A stretch of DNA of 62,476 nucleotides, filler included. It is 21 parts of 21 records of this genome, joined end to end, with 100 filler letters (N's around TTAATTAATTAA, not from the genome) between each part and the next. Parts side by side here need not be neighbours in the genome. Positions count along the whole stretch, not along the records: positions 42,602 to 44,653 come from SRR36015645_165769; positions 44,754 to 49,240 come from SRR36015645_166157; positions 49,341 to 51,957 come from SRR36015645_167413; positions 52,058 to 57,301 come from SRR36015645_168233; positions 57,402 to 59,524 come from SRR36015645_169793; 16 more parts are not named here. One strand, 5' to 3'. This document shows, one piece after another, positions 43,927 to 57,637 of this stretch. The position numbers were made by a program, and so were the translations under genes. Under the pieces are notes generated by a model. The model saw only the letters and a program-made list of their open reading frames with translations. It was not told where the DNA came from and made no database searches. Positions within the stretch are counted from its first letter, which is position 1. Each line of letters starts with the position of its first letter.

Positions 43927-44291
43927 CTATAAGTAGACTTTAGTCGATTTATGCGCCAGCGGCTTGGTGTCTGCCGCACTGTTGGGCAGTTTATTGTTCG
44001 TGGTTTTAAGCACGTTTGACACCAAATTAATCGGCTTATTGTTCGTTATGATGTGCTCGCTATTTAAGTACGGCTCTTGAGAGAGAATGTTTTGGCTACG
44101 CCGGAGTGGGTCGGATTTTCGATCGCCGGCGACGCGGGTTGGATCGGCGTGTTTCCTGCGATGCCACACGCTGAAGCGATAGCCACCGATGAAGCCAACG
44201 ACTAGTGAGAGAATCATGGCGATGATGATGCCGAGGGCCAGCGTTGACGCCGTGTACTCCTTGTCGCTGTTTTGGGTAATGGCTGCCGGAC
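43927..44291 (-). CDS. Sema1a: Last coding exon of a semaphorin-1a-like transmembrane protein
   Basis: Acceptor ttttag at 44293-44292. Encodes YTASTLALGIIIAMILSLVVGFIGGYRF (TM helix) and a cytoplasmic tail ending KVYL*, as I recall for invertebrate class-1 semaphorins. AT-rich 3' flank. Confidence 0.55.
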
Positions 44292-45592
44292 CTAAAACAT
44301 GATGGAAAGTTATGTGATTAATAAACTTAAAACTTAATAAGAATGGTTAAACGAGTAGAACCTAATTATATATATGTTTGTGACATGTAAACATACAGTA
44401 AATTACTTTGGCACAGGTTTAGCTATATGCCTCCGATTTACATGACGATTTTTAGTTGTTACCGTGACCACGAAGAAAACATAGAATGTGGAGTAAAGTC
44501 CTCTTTTGTACAAATAAGACTGTTGAGTTTCAATCTTCTACAGTTTATTGGTGACATAGTTTTAGAGCCACCTCTTCAATATCTACCCAGTGTTCTTGCC
44601 CAGTACATGGGCTAATCATTGCAGTAATGCTGCAATATTGGAGATTTCAAAATNNNNNNNNNNNNNNNNNNNNNNNNNNNNNNNNNNNNNNNNNNNNTTA
44701 ATTAATTAANNNNNNNNNNNNNNNNNNNNNNNNNNNNNNNNNNNNNNNNNNNNCGTGAGAGGAACTGACCAATCAGATTTTGTTAAGCCGATTTTAAGGC
44801 CTATTTACTCTGTTCGGTACCCCATACTATCCCGTATCTCGTCAATGTCTCGACTGTCTTAGAGATCTATTGCGGCATCCAAAACCAGCTCTCGGGCATG
44901 CCATGGTCGCGGATACAACACCCCACCCAGTGTTACGGGCTAATGATAATAACTCCATGACTATTAAAAATGTGTATAGAAAACTTGTCATAAAACTTTA
45001 AAGTCAACAACAGTACACTGTAAGCAAAGATGCCGAAAATGGTACGCTGCACTTAATCTGGAGTTATCGAAATGCAGTGACTCTAAGTCATAATTAAACG
45101 GTTCGTTAACATCTGCTTGCTTTGGACACACTTTAGGAATATGCCTTTTTTGACTTCTACTATATTTCAGAACAACAAGATCTGTAAAAAATATCAATGA
45201 CTTTCCAGGTACTTCCAGTCTGTAAAGATCATGGACTATAATAATAATTCGTAAATTTTACGAAATTAATATCAAACTCTAGTCTAGCAACGGTAGCTAC
45301 TATTGAAATAATGCAGTTTAAGAAATTTATTTTTCGGCAAATTTAAATTTAAGCTACACAGCTGTTTGTTAATACATTTGGCATCAAATCTTTGGTTCCT
45401 TTAAAACATTTCTTAACATCTTCTTAAAAGAATAGGCCTATATTTAATTTTACCACCAGCACAAAAGCCACCAATTTTGATATAGCAGGAAAACCTTTTT
45501 TTACCGTTGTTTCCAATTTGTTCTCTCCCATGCACAAAATCACTGTAAATTCAGTTAGTTATATGACCTAACAAATTAAGTAAGTAAATTAC

Positions 45593-48500
45593 CATAAGAA
45601 TTTCCACTGGACGTTGCCCCATAGTTTCTCCCGCTCTCCTGCAGTCGTCTGTTAGTGTTATAGTCGGAGTTTTCACTTCTGTACTCGGGCCTCACCGTCG
45701 CAGCGGTGACTCCCGGTGGTGAACTCAGCAGAGTTTCACTTTGCCACCGCCGCGGCGGCCATTCAAGATGCACCCCGCCGCCCACATTGTGGGGCACCTG
45801 GCCCCTTTCCCTCCCTTCAAACGGCGGAACGGTATCCACATTAAGCTGAGACGTGCTCTTCGAGTGCGCCAAATTGTTCGGGTACTCGGTATACTCCAAG
45901 TTGTTGTACACTGGTTCGTAGTACCCTTTATCATAGTTTTGCGCCAAGAAGTGTTTTGCTTTACGTATCGTGTCCTTTTCTTTCCAGTAGTCGGTCGTAT
46001 ACTTTAGTGGATTCGTCATGTTAGTCGCATCTTCCAGCGGACTCGAATAATCACTGTCCTCGTCCCATGCGTGTTTCTTGAGCAAAATCGACGCCAAACC
46101 CATTTCTGGCTCAGTTTTGCTTCGCGATATGTAGCGCTTGAGCTTACGCTTCGAAGGACTTAGAACAGGACGCACCTCTTCGATCTCGTCAAAGTGCATT
46201 TTTGATGCACCCGATGACTCGCCGCCTGTATCCACCTTTCCATTTACATCAGCTGTTGTTGGCCTGTTTGCAATGCTCACATGCTTGTCTCGTATGTCCG
46301 CCTCACCGTTCACAAGATTCTTGTTGGCATTCTGCGCTCCCTGCAACTTGAACGATCTAAACCCCGCTTTATACTCCTGAACTTCGCTCGCCAACGAATT
46401 CAGCAATTGTTTTTGCTCATTACACATTTGTTCGTATTTAACTAATTCCTTCTGCTTACTTTCGAGCTGGCTGCTGGCTTCCCTGATTTCTTTGAAAACT
46501 GAACCTTTCTCTTCTTCCAGTTGTCCCAGATGACCCTTCTGCATGGAGATTTCCTTCAACAATTTGTTTTGTTTGGAAAGCAGAATGTCCATGTTTTCAA
46601 TGGCACTTCTGCCGTCTGTGTTGCCGTTTAGCACGGCTAGCTTTTCCATTTCTCCTTCCAGTTCTTTTTTCTCCGCAACAAAGTTTTCCTTCTTGGTCTG
46701 CAAATCCGCACGCCTGTGCTCTAAGTCGTCCTCTTCTTCGGTTAGTTTTTCTCGTTCGGATGCTAATTGTAGTTTCAACTCGGACACATTTTTCCCGTTA
46801 TCCTCTTTTATATGCTTTATTTCTTCAATATGCAAGTCCTTGATTTTATTCAACTCCAGCTCATGGTGACGTTTGCAATCGTTAATCTTCTCTTCAAAGA
46901 CGCCCTGTATATTTTTCAAATATTGCTCAAAATCATCCCGGAGGTGTTTTTCTTTCTTCAATTTCTCCTGTGAGTAACTGTCTCTGACATTTCTCTCAAA
47001 CTGTTCCATCTCCAATTTTAATTCCTTCTTCAAGCTTGCCTTCTCCTCTTTTTTCTTCATTTCGTTTTCCTGTCGTATCTTAGACATTTCATCTTCCATC
47101 TCTTGTGCCATTTCTTGTTCCATCTTTCCATACATCTCTTTCCTCTTCTCCTCAATATTCGACTGCGAAAGAACGTGTTCCTGTTTTAAATCATTACGGA
47201 GATTTTCTAAACCTTCAGTCATCTCCTTTCGTAACTCCGCTTCCCTGTCTTTTCTTTCACTTGCAAGGATGTTCTGCAGCTCATCTAATGACTGCTCATG
47301 ACTCTTTCTGACTTCCTTAACCGCATCGAAATGATTTTGCTGAAGCAACTTTAGTGAATCCGAATGCTTGTTTCTCAATAGCTGTTCTTCGTTTTCAAAC
47401 TCCTCTCGAAGTTGCATTTTCAACTGTTCGACAATCGCTTTGTGTTCCTCTTTAAGCCTCGCCTCTTCTCCCAACCGTTCTTTGTTTAACTTCTTTCGAA
47501 AAATAGCCATTGTGGAGTCTCGTTCCATCTCCAATTCTTTCTTGGCATCCTCTAGTTCCTTTTCCAGCTCTGCACGCATAGTGTTTAACGCTTGTGACAT
47601 TTCTCTGGCCAGTTGTTCTTTTTGCGCATCGTAGTCAATGTTTTGACGAACTGCCGATAAGTTTTCCTCGTCTCCAGATGCTCCCATCTGTGCTATTTTT
47701 GCATTACCTTTATGCATTTTGCCAGACAGTTTTGCATGCACGGGTAGCTCTTTTTTTGGTTTTGATACGCTTTTTTCGACAGAAGTTTTTCTCGTTTTGT
47801 CCGGGAGAATATCCGGATCTTCAGACACTGACGGACTGTTTACACTGATCTCTTCATTTTCACTTCCATTAGACAATTCGGAATTCACCTCGTCGGAAAT
47901 GCCAGCTCCCTTGGGACTCGGTGGTGATTCATCATCCAAATCTGACTCGATATATGCAAGAGCACCAATTCCTTTGTCTTCCAAATTCATCTTCCCATTT
48001 CGCGATGAGGGATTCGCATCTGAAACATCATCTTCAAAACTCTCGTCTGAAAGACCTGTTAATCCCAACCGATGCAGTCCAAATTCTTTTTTATCTTCGG
48101 ATTTTGGAGATTGCAATTTTTTCTTATTATTTGCATCAAGACCCTCGTCTTCAAGGCTTTCCTCGGAGATTCCCTCAATTCCCAATTGATGTAAGTCAAA
48201 CTCTTTCTTGTCTTCCAACAATGTAGCGGTCGGTTTCTTATTTTTATCCGCAACTATCTCCTTCACGTCTGTCTTTTTCTTCAAAAACTTATTCCCACCT
48301 TTACCGATACTGATTTCGCTCTCGGAAGACATTTCAACCATTGCTTTGTCGAAAGCTGCTCCACGCGAGAAATCCTTGACTTTCGCGCCGCCGGCTTGTT
48401 TGTGGCCAACGACCTTTAAACCCAAACCCTGATCGAGTGACAGTTTTTCCGGAAACTTTCCTGCTGTTCCCTTCGTCTGACCCGTATCGTTTAAATCGGA

Positions 48501-48932
48501 GACACTGGACAGTTTACTCCCGCTATCGGATGTGTACACAGACTCCTGCGATGAGCGCCGATCCACGCTTCCTGATCTGGACATGTTCTTTGGTTTTTTC
48601 TGCTTCGACAATGGCTGAAGCCCATCACCGAGCGGAGCCAATTTTCCGCCGAGACCACTGCTCAAAACCGGTTTCTTCTGTAGTGGGGCAAGTAGAGGGT
48701 CTAGTTTCTTGCCACCACCCAAGCCAACTGATGCCCCTATTGGCTTTAATGGACTCAACGGCTTCAGTCCTCCAGACTGCAGTGGCGATGCTTTTGTTAG
48801 GTCTTGGAGACTGCCAGATTTTTGAACGTCACTGCTGCTCAAAACACCTGGAGTGGCGGTTGCCGTTTTCTTTTTGCTCCCCTTCTTTTTGGTGGATGTA
48901 GAACCACTTCCTTTCTCACGCATTGTGATAAC
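45593..48932 (-). CDS. CEP164: Large internal exon of a CEP164-like centrosomal coiled-coil protein
   Basis: Acceptor ttttatag at 48934-48933 and donor gtaatt at 45592. Starts VITMREK (resembles the segment after the CEP164 WW domain), then a K-rich stretch, L.PL repeats, a long E/K coiled coil and IRKAKHFL. Confidence 0.55.
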
Positions 48933-49340
48933 CTATAAAACATTTTAAAATAGTCTTAAACCAAAAATCTATAGGCCTATACTAAGTAACGTAAAACTCT
49001 GTTAAATCAACTATAGCTATACTTTCTAATACACCTCAAGTTCAATATGTGATAGGAAATGAACTAGCCTAATCACTGCAACTTTCGCACATTTAACACA
49101 ATATATACCAGTGGAGCCTATTATAGCCGCTGCCTTTGTTCACTTGCACTCCAACTAGGAAATGGGAAACGAACGTGATTTTGAATCCAATCGGTAATAG
49201 TTAACAGGTGTCTTTTAACTCCATCGGAGAGGAGCTCTATNNNNNNNNNNNNNNNNNNNNNNNNNNNNNNNNNNNNNNNNNNNNTTAATTAATTAANNNN
49301 NNNNNNNNNNNNNNNNNNNNNNNNNNNNNNNNNNNNNNNN

Positions 49341-51957
49341 TCGGAGTCAAGTTCAGTAACAGATCTGAAGGTATGCGCAATTTTCTGGTAAATTTGTGGT
49401 ATTACCTCTGCATGCGGTAGCATATTTCCAGCGAACTCGGGCTTTAAATCTCTTAGGCTATAACCTAGCCAGTAAATTCCGAATACCTTCCAACTGTGCT
49501 CTGTTAATAATAGACTGCGAATTCTTTGCACTAGTACTGAGTTCACTTTCACCTTTAGGTCTATCATGCTTAAACCTCCCTTTATGATAGGGAGTGTTAA
49601 AACTGTCCGTTTGATTGGTTCAACTGGTATACCCCAGAAAAATTTAAAAACCAGACTTTTCACTTTGCTGACATAGTCATCCGGAACATCTATAACATGT
49701 GATATGTACCACAACTTGCTTAAAGCAAAAACATTAATGATGGTCCTTTTTGCCGTAAGCGATAAATTACGAGAACGCCAAAAGTCACATTTGGATTTTA
49801 TCTTGGTAACTATTGTGTCAAGCATGAATTTAGAATTAGAACTATCGTCGTATCCAAAATGTACTCCAAGAATTTTGACGCGCTGCTTCGCCCAACTTCG
49901 TAAATGCGCATTTTGAGTATTTATAAAATTGCCAAAAAGCAGCGCTTCAGTTTTGCTGTTGTTTTGTTTGCACCCGGAAGCGAGCTGGAAGTTGGACAAG
50001 TGCGACAGCAAATGCTTAACTGATGACTGTGTCCTAACAAAAACAGTTCTGTCATCAGCATAGGCGGAAGATTTGAGCTCAACGTTGTTCGGCAGTAGAA
50101 CACCTTTAATGTTTTTGTCATATTTAATGGCTTGATCAAGCGGCTCTGAACACATTAAGTATAGCAGCATTGATAAAGGACAGCCCTGTCGTAGCGATCT
50201 AGTTACAGATATCTTATCCGTCAAATTACCGTTAATCAGAACCTGGGCAGATATATCAGTATATAATACTCTCACCCATCTTATAAAGTCGTCCCCAAAT
50301 CCATATTTATGCAACACCTTAAACAACCAATCATGCTCTATTCTATCAAAGGCCTTCTCATTGTCTAAACATAGTATAGCCATATCAGAGTTATTTTCTT
50401 TTGAATGCATACATAAGGCCTGAATAAGGTAAAGGTTGTCATGAATGCTGCGTCCAGGGACGCCACAAGTTTGGTCTACGCTGACAACTTTGTGTATGAC
50501 CGATTTCAGCCTGTTGGCAAGTATCTTGGCAATCAGTTTATAATCGATATTCAAAAGTGACAGAGATCGGTAGTGTTTTAAATAACGATGGTCATCTTTC
50601 TTATACAATAATGACAAAATAGCCAACTTCTGAGAGTCAGTCAGTTCACCAGCAAGAAATGTGTTGTTCATCATTTCCACTAAGTCATCACTAATTTGGT
50701 GCCAGAACTGTAAATAAAACTCTCTGGGAAGGCCATCGCTACCCGGAGACTTGTTGTTTTTCATCTGTTTGAGGGCTTCAAAACATTCAGCTTTTGTGAT
50801 CAAACCTTCACAAGTATTTTTATCAGATTCCGATAGTGTATGACTAATTTTGTCCAGGAAGTGATTTTGGTGATCTTCCGAAATGCCCTCACTTTGATAT
50901 AAAGAGCTGTAGAATTGATAAACAACATCTTTAATGCCATCGGGTTCAGTAATAAGTTTATTATCACTATCAAAAAGACATGATATATCTTTCTTCTTTT
51001 GCGTTGACTTTTCAAGCCTAGAAAAGAAACTAGCATTTGTCTCACCATCTTCAGAAAACTTGCAACGAGATCTAACAATGTTGCCTTTTATTCTATCATT
51101 ATCGAGCTTACACAACCTCGCCTTTAAATCTTGAATTTCATGAAATGTAACATTGTCATTACCATTGTCATACGCTACGAGTTTTTCATTCAGCGTTTTT
51201 GTTATGCAAATTTCATTTTCTTTACTACATTTAGCAATTCGGACTGACTCTCTAACAAGAATTTGCTTTATTTTAAATTTGCATTTATCCCACCACTTAA
51301 GTGGGTCATCAAAAACACACTTTTTATCACGCCACTCATACAAAAAATCGTTAATGCTTGTTATTGTTTGCTCATTATGCAAAATAGACACATTGCATTT
51401 CCAGAAACCCTTACCGCGTTTGTGCCTGGAGGGGTTAACAACATTAACGATAACTGCATCATGATCCGATTGACAAAAACTAGCGTACTTTACACTAGAC
51501 ACAAATCTTAGCAAATTTTTACATAAATACAACCTGTCCAGTCTAGACGCAGCATTGTGGCTACGCCAAGAAAAAAGCTGGATATTTCTGTTCATATGAC
51601 GCCATGCATCTGTTAAATTTAGTTCATGTACAGCGGACAGCCAGTCTACTGATCCCGCAAGACTATAATTGTCTAAAATATTTTTCTTATCTTGCTGCAA
51701 ATAAACCATATTATAATCACCACCACATATTAAAAAGTCATCTTGATTCGATTCATTTTTAATCTCACAAAGCCTATTTTTAACTGTTGTATAGAAATCT
51801 GCACGGTATTTTGCATCGTTAGGAGCATAGATATTAACAATTGTGTAATTGTAATCGTCAATACTACACTTAATTTCCATAAATCTACCATCTGTTTAAA
51901 GGTCTGATTAATATTCAATGTTGAAATGAATTGAGAGTTAAAGGTAACACCTACACC
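49341..51957 (-). CDS. L1/Tx1-type ORF2p (APE + RT); partial, with a frameshift near 51895; relative of 12182-15477
   Basis: YAPN, GDYN, SRLDR, SDH, SPGSDGLP, DNEKAFDRIEHDW, RSLRQGCPLS, YADD. The upstream GVGVTF..QTFK segment lies in another frame. Confidence 0.92.
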
Positions 51958-52057
51958 NNNNNNNNNNNNNNNNNNNNNNNNNNNNNNNNNNNNNNNNNNN
52001 NTTAATTAATTAANNNNNNNNNNNNNNNNNNNNNNNNNNNNNNNNNNNNNNNNNNNN

Positions 52058-55000
52058 CCGCGGAGATATTGCTGAAAACTAAGTCAATGGTTGTTTTGTA
52101 CGTGGTGGTGTGTTGCATAACAAGTTGTTTGCATCCGAGTATGTCTTCCAACTGTCCAAGTAAGGAGTTATTTTCACCCGACTGTGCATCGATATTAAAG
52201 TCACCAACAACGACGAATTGTTTACTCAAGTCAATGGCCTGTACAATCAGTGTTAATTTTCTTAGAAGTACGTGCCGTGGGCATTTATTAGCTTTGTAAA
52301 CAGCAACAACTTGCACAACGTCTTTGCTTTGTGACTCAACAGTTACAATGGTGTATTCCAGCTCTTTGGTTGAATAATGAGATGACCCTAGTATTGTGTA
52401 TGACTGCTTTACATATACAGCCAGCCCATGAGGTGGTCTAGATGTATTTTCTCTTTGTGCTTGGTCATTACGAATGACATCAAAGAATCCGGTGAGGAAG
52501 TACATTGTGCTATCATCAGAATTCGTTAGGCGTGTCTCGGCAAATGCTATTACATCAGATGATAAATAGTTTTCATCCGACCTAACATCCTCTATGTGTG
52601 CATGAAGAGAACGAACATTATGAAAGATAATGCGATGATTAGCGGACATATTGTACACTGGCGTGTAGCATAACTGTACACATTTTTGGTCTCTTAACCT
52701 GGCCATTTCGTCTTTAACGCACTGGTACACTGCAATTTTGCGTTCATTCAACTCAAGGATATGCAAATCTTCAATTTTAGTTACGCGGCTAAATGCCGTG
52801 TAATGAGAGTGTGCCAGTTTCCTATGACCCATGTGTACAACAGTCGTTGATAACGTATGTCCTTCACATTTATGAAGTGTCCTGGCAGACGAGGGGCAAA
52901 GCGGGAACTGCTGTCTCGCAACAAGTGCCCGATACACAACAAAAGTCCTAGTTACCGCAAAAATAGGAAGCCATGAGATGTTAACATGTCGACCATAATA
53001 CCCCTTGTATTTTTGTCTCCAATTCAGCCCAACCTCACGTAAACTATTTGAAAACTCAACCCACAGAATAGCAGGAATTGGCGAATCATCTTTGTACTCC
53101 ATATACCTTAAGATGCCTGTTGCACCATTTGTGAGACCGTCATCTGTGTCAAGATTGACCGTACAATCATAGTGCAAACCAACAGCTAATGGTAGAACAG
53201 TCTTGAGGCCACCAGTGTTCCCATGTATTGTGTATTTTTTATCCTCATTTAAATGCTGAAGGCACTTCTCTTTGACAGCGTTAGTTACATCTCCAACAAC
53301 AACAGATACGGCATGAACAGATGTTTTTTCAGTGGCTGCTTTACAATGAACTGATTCATTGAAATTGTTAACTTCGTCGTTTGTTCTGTACATATGTGAT
53401 GCTTCCAATGGATACTCAGGATTCGATGGATCTATCACTCTTTTTCTTAATTCTGCTATATCATGTTCAGTTTGATTTCCCTCTCGGAGCCTGTTTAATA
53501 GTTCTGCATACTTCTGATCATCCTTTTGGCGCATGATTTCTGTAAGTTCGTACATTTCAAAATATGTACTCCAGAGATTTATTGCGAGGGGACCATAGCC
53601 GCTTGACAGATTTTTAAAAATCCATGTGTATGACACTGGCTCCAATTGAAATAGATCCCCGACTAGGATCACATGAAGACCACCAAATGGCGCTGGGTTC
53701 TTTTTAATTTGTTGCAGCCTATCGTTTATCTGATGTAGTATCATATTGCTGACCATCGAAACTTCATCAATGATAATAACAGACAAATGTTTGAATTTGT
53801 TGTATAGCGCATTTGCTTTCTCGGCAGCGAGAGGTTGGAATTTTTGTTGCACCGGTATTGCAAAACTATGGTGTATAGTCGATCCTTCGATGTGGAAAGC
53901 TGCGGTTCCTGTTGGCGCACAGCGTAATACCATTACACTATCAACACCATCTATGACCTGGGTAACTAAGTATCTGTGTAATGACTGGTAGAGCATCCGT
54001 ACGAGCACCGATTTACCTACTCCTGCACCACCTGTAAGGAAAACATGCAGAGGTACATCCTTAGTTCTTATCCAATGAATGACGTGGAGAAAAAACTCTC
54101 GCTGTTTGTGATTTAGTTGTCTTAGCTGAGAATAGTACTCTTTGTCAGGCATGCATCCTTTCATTAACTCATCACTGACTGAACTTGCAATACCGATATC
54201 AAAGGCAATGTCATAGGTTTGCTGTTGCTCTGTTCTACTAGGGTTAAAAAAGCCAAACTGTTCACTTTCTATACGTCCTTGCAATACATCATCGAGTTGC
54301 TGTTGTTCAGCACCGGGAGCTATATCCAGAAATTCATTGGCAGCATCGACTCCCTGATTCTGAACATGAACCATAGCTTCATCTAGTTCTTGGCAGTTTC
54401 CATCGTACTGGCTACTTTTTGCGTGAATAAGAGTTTTCACTTTTTCATAATGTGTGACATATGAATCAAAGCCTGCAAGTAAATCAGCAGTTTCATTGCG
54501 CCATGGCCAAAAGAGGAGCAACTGCTCCCTGCAATAATTGATTGTATCTGTTTTTTCACTGTAATGGACATAGCGAATAACAAGCTGATTTTTTCTGGAC
54601 TTTATCCTTATTCCATTCCTTAGTTTGATATCAATATTATCCTGCATAGCGTTAATACTGGTATCCACATCAGCACTACTGTCAATGTCAGCAACAGAAT
54701 TCACGTCAATGTTTGTTTCATCATCTAAGTTATCATCATATGGGCTAGATTCGGTCTTTTCCAATTCCTTTGGAAAATGTACATTCAGTTTAGAAATGTA
54801 ATCAGCCAAACACCAGTGTGCAAGTTGTTTTGGTCTCTGAGAGTAACGAGTCATAGCATTAGATGAATATATATCAGTGGAGTTTTCAGGCATTTCTTTT
54901 AGTAATGCTTCACTTTTCAGCATTCGAGTTCTTTCTTCTTGAGGCGATGTATTAATGAACTGCACGCTGCGTGTTTTTTTTGTAAGCGGGAGTTGTAATG

Positions 55001-57299
55001 CAAGATACACAGCCTCCTGTGCACATATTTCAGTTGCGTTTACAAACTGATTTCCCATAAATCTAACCTGTTTTCTTAAATTGTCATTTCCTTTTCTGGC
55101 CTCTCTACACGCATTCTGTAAGAGTGTGCTCATTCCTTTCTGACTTTTGCTTATGTAGTCTGTGATGTATACTGCACACGCATACGGGTCAAGGATAAAC
55201 TGTATATCGTGGTTTGCCTTCCACGCTCCAACCAGATGTCTCATGTATGGGTTAACTCTGATCTCCAAAAGTGTGCGTTTAAGGAAAACCTTCGAACTCT
55301 TAAGGGAAGCGCGGATGGCACATATGTATTCCTCAAAAATGCAATCCATATCAGCCAAAAAGTCTGTTAATGATTTATCTGAGCCATCTTTCATATCATC
55401 TAGCTCTTTTTTCAATTTCTCGTACAGAGCCAAATACTTAGACAAATCCTCACCATCATATGGTGTGAGTACCATTGTTTCAGGTAATGGAGGCACTGGG
55501 AATGCAAATCTACATAGAGCTTTACCCTTTTTACGGCATGATTTCGAATGTTTATGTTTTTGCAATTGCACATATGGAACAATGGTGTCTGGAACATCTG
55601 TTGAACAGGAGACATGCTGATCAATGTACTGCACGATACTCTGGTTATCATCAATACCATATATTGGTGCAGCATCAACCCACATTAACATGTGTATGTG
55701 CGGTGAGCCCCTGTGTTGAAACTCCACTCTGAACACATAGTCTTTGACACACCCTAAAGGGTTAAAAGGACTTCTGAGTACGTTGGTAATAAACTTTTGC
55801 ACCCGGTCGTTGAAGTATCTGGCACATGTAACGGGGTCACATGAAACAAGTCTAGTGATTTGTTCCCAACTTAATTTTTTATTGCGTAGTTCTTCAGTGT
55901 AATCCTTTTTGTCATTTAGCTTTCCTAGCATTATAATGAGATCCTCCCATTTCGAATCTGCTGCACTAAGCGACATAAACCACTGTGGCAATCCTAGCTG
56001 TCTAATCATTGCCATGATTTCCTTCCGACATAGGGCAAGGTATGGTGGAGAATTGCGAATCGTTCTAAATATAAAATAACCCTCATCAAGCCGTGTAATG
56101 TTTGTCTGTGTTTCTTCAGATAGCATTTCACCTGCAGTATATTTACCACCTTTGGGCTGTACTCGCTTCATTGCTAATGTACCTTTGTCTACGACTTGTT
56201 TGATTTGCAATTTCTTAGTTTTGAAGAATAGATTTGGGATGCTGTTAGCAGCTCTGCGATCCTCAGCACGTAGTTCCCATTTACAAATGTTACTATAATG
56301 TAACTTATGGACAGTGCCATTCTCCTGATTTCCATAATTCATTCTTTCACCACAATAGATTGTTGGAAATGACAAATATTCACAATCTCTGTCCTGGAAG
56401 ATACTAAGTGGTGACTGTCCCTCACCTGGGGCAAATGATAAGCTCCTTGAACGATCTATGTTCTCGTCACTAAGCATTGTATCCTGATTACCAGTTGGTG
56501 TTTCGTCTGGATCAATTTCACTAAATGTATCTGACTCAGAGTCATTGTCGCTGTTGTCTTCTGGCACACTGGTATCCTCATTACCATTCACTGTACCTGT
56601 CGCTTCAATGAGTTGCGCCAACCAGTGTTCATCAACGTTAATATTAGCATTCTTGTATAAATCTTTGGTCATCAAGTAATGTAGTGCACGGAAAACAGCC
56701 ATAGGACGAACATTCTGATGTAACACGGCACCCTTATACGATAATTTTCGCTTCAATTTCAGAGGAACAGTGGCTGCATCATCCAATGTCCTTGGAAGAG
56801 ATAAAACACTAGGTGAAATATCAACTGGCACATTAACTACGGACCCCTGCAGCTGGAGCTGGCCACCGGATGCGAGCGTGTACAATGTCATAAAAGGTAT
56901 ACGAAGTGATACTAGTCGTTCTTCTAGTGGGTGAAGATTTAGCACTGCTGGCTTATTAGGAAATTGAAATCCGTTTATGACTGCGATCTTTGGTACTTTG
57001 CTGTCTTTGAGTGAATGGAGGCAGGTTTGGCATATCCACTGTTTACCATGTACAGATAATTTTTGTGTAAAGCATTTCTGTGCAAGTTCAGAATTCAACG
57101 TCTTTGAAACTGATGACACATCGATGACCGAGTGCTCAAACCAGGTTTGGTGACAACATGTGCACACATACACGGGACCTACAGATATTTTTTCGTGAAA
57201 TTTAGCTATACACTCGCACAGATTATTTCCATATATGGCTTTCTGCCTCCGGTTCAGTTCTTTTTCTCTCTGTTTTTCAAGGTTCTCTGGAATCCTTTT
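52058..57299 (-). CDS. Helentron/Helitron2-type Rep-helicase with C-terminal AP endonuclease; partial at both ends
   Basis: CTCC..CQTC finger, GSVVNVP, FAPGEG, HUH Rep VEFQHRGSPHIH and YITDYISK; PIF1 helicase GGAGVGKS, APTG, DEVSM, GDLFQL, LTEIMRQ; APE HNVRSL, AETRL, GDFN, IDL. Confidence 0.93.
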
Positions 57300-57637
57300 T
57301 CNNNNNNNNNNNNNNNNNNNNNNNNNNNNNNNNNNNNNNNNNNNNTTAATTAATTAANNNNNNNNNNNNNNNNNNNNNNNNNNNNNNNNNNNNNNNNNNN
57401 NTTGTCGCACCAGATACCGTACTCACTCTGCTAGACAGTGTATTGTATATTGAGCCATCTCAACAAGACAGTCTGACAACGCATTGATATATATTTGCAT
57501 GTTTACAGTGCATGTAATATTTGCATGTTTCTTTGCTGTGCGTGTAACTTGCCAACGACTTTCCAGGCCGGGGCTTTGACACTCGTCTCGAATGCTCATT
57601 TGTTGAGTTACAGCATCCATCTGGCAGCCGGAAGACA

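Noticed and set aside
43921-43929. Stop-codon readthrough of the semaphorin-like exon (TAG TAG CAA)
   Set aside because: Tandem stops after a typical KVYL terminus argue for firm termination.
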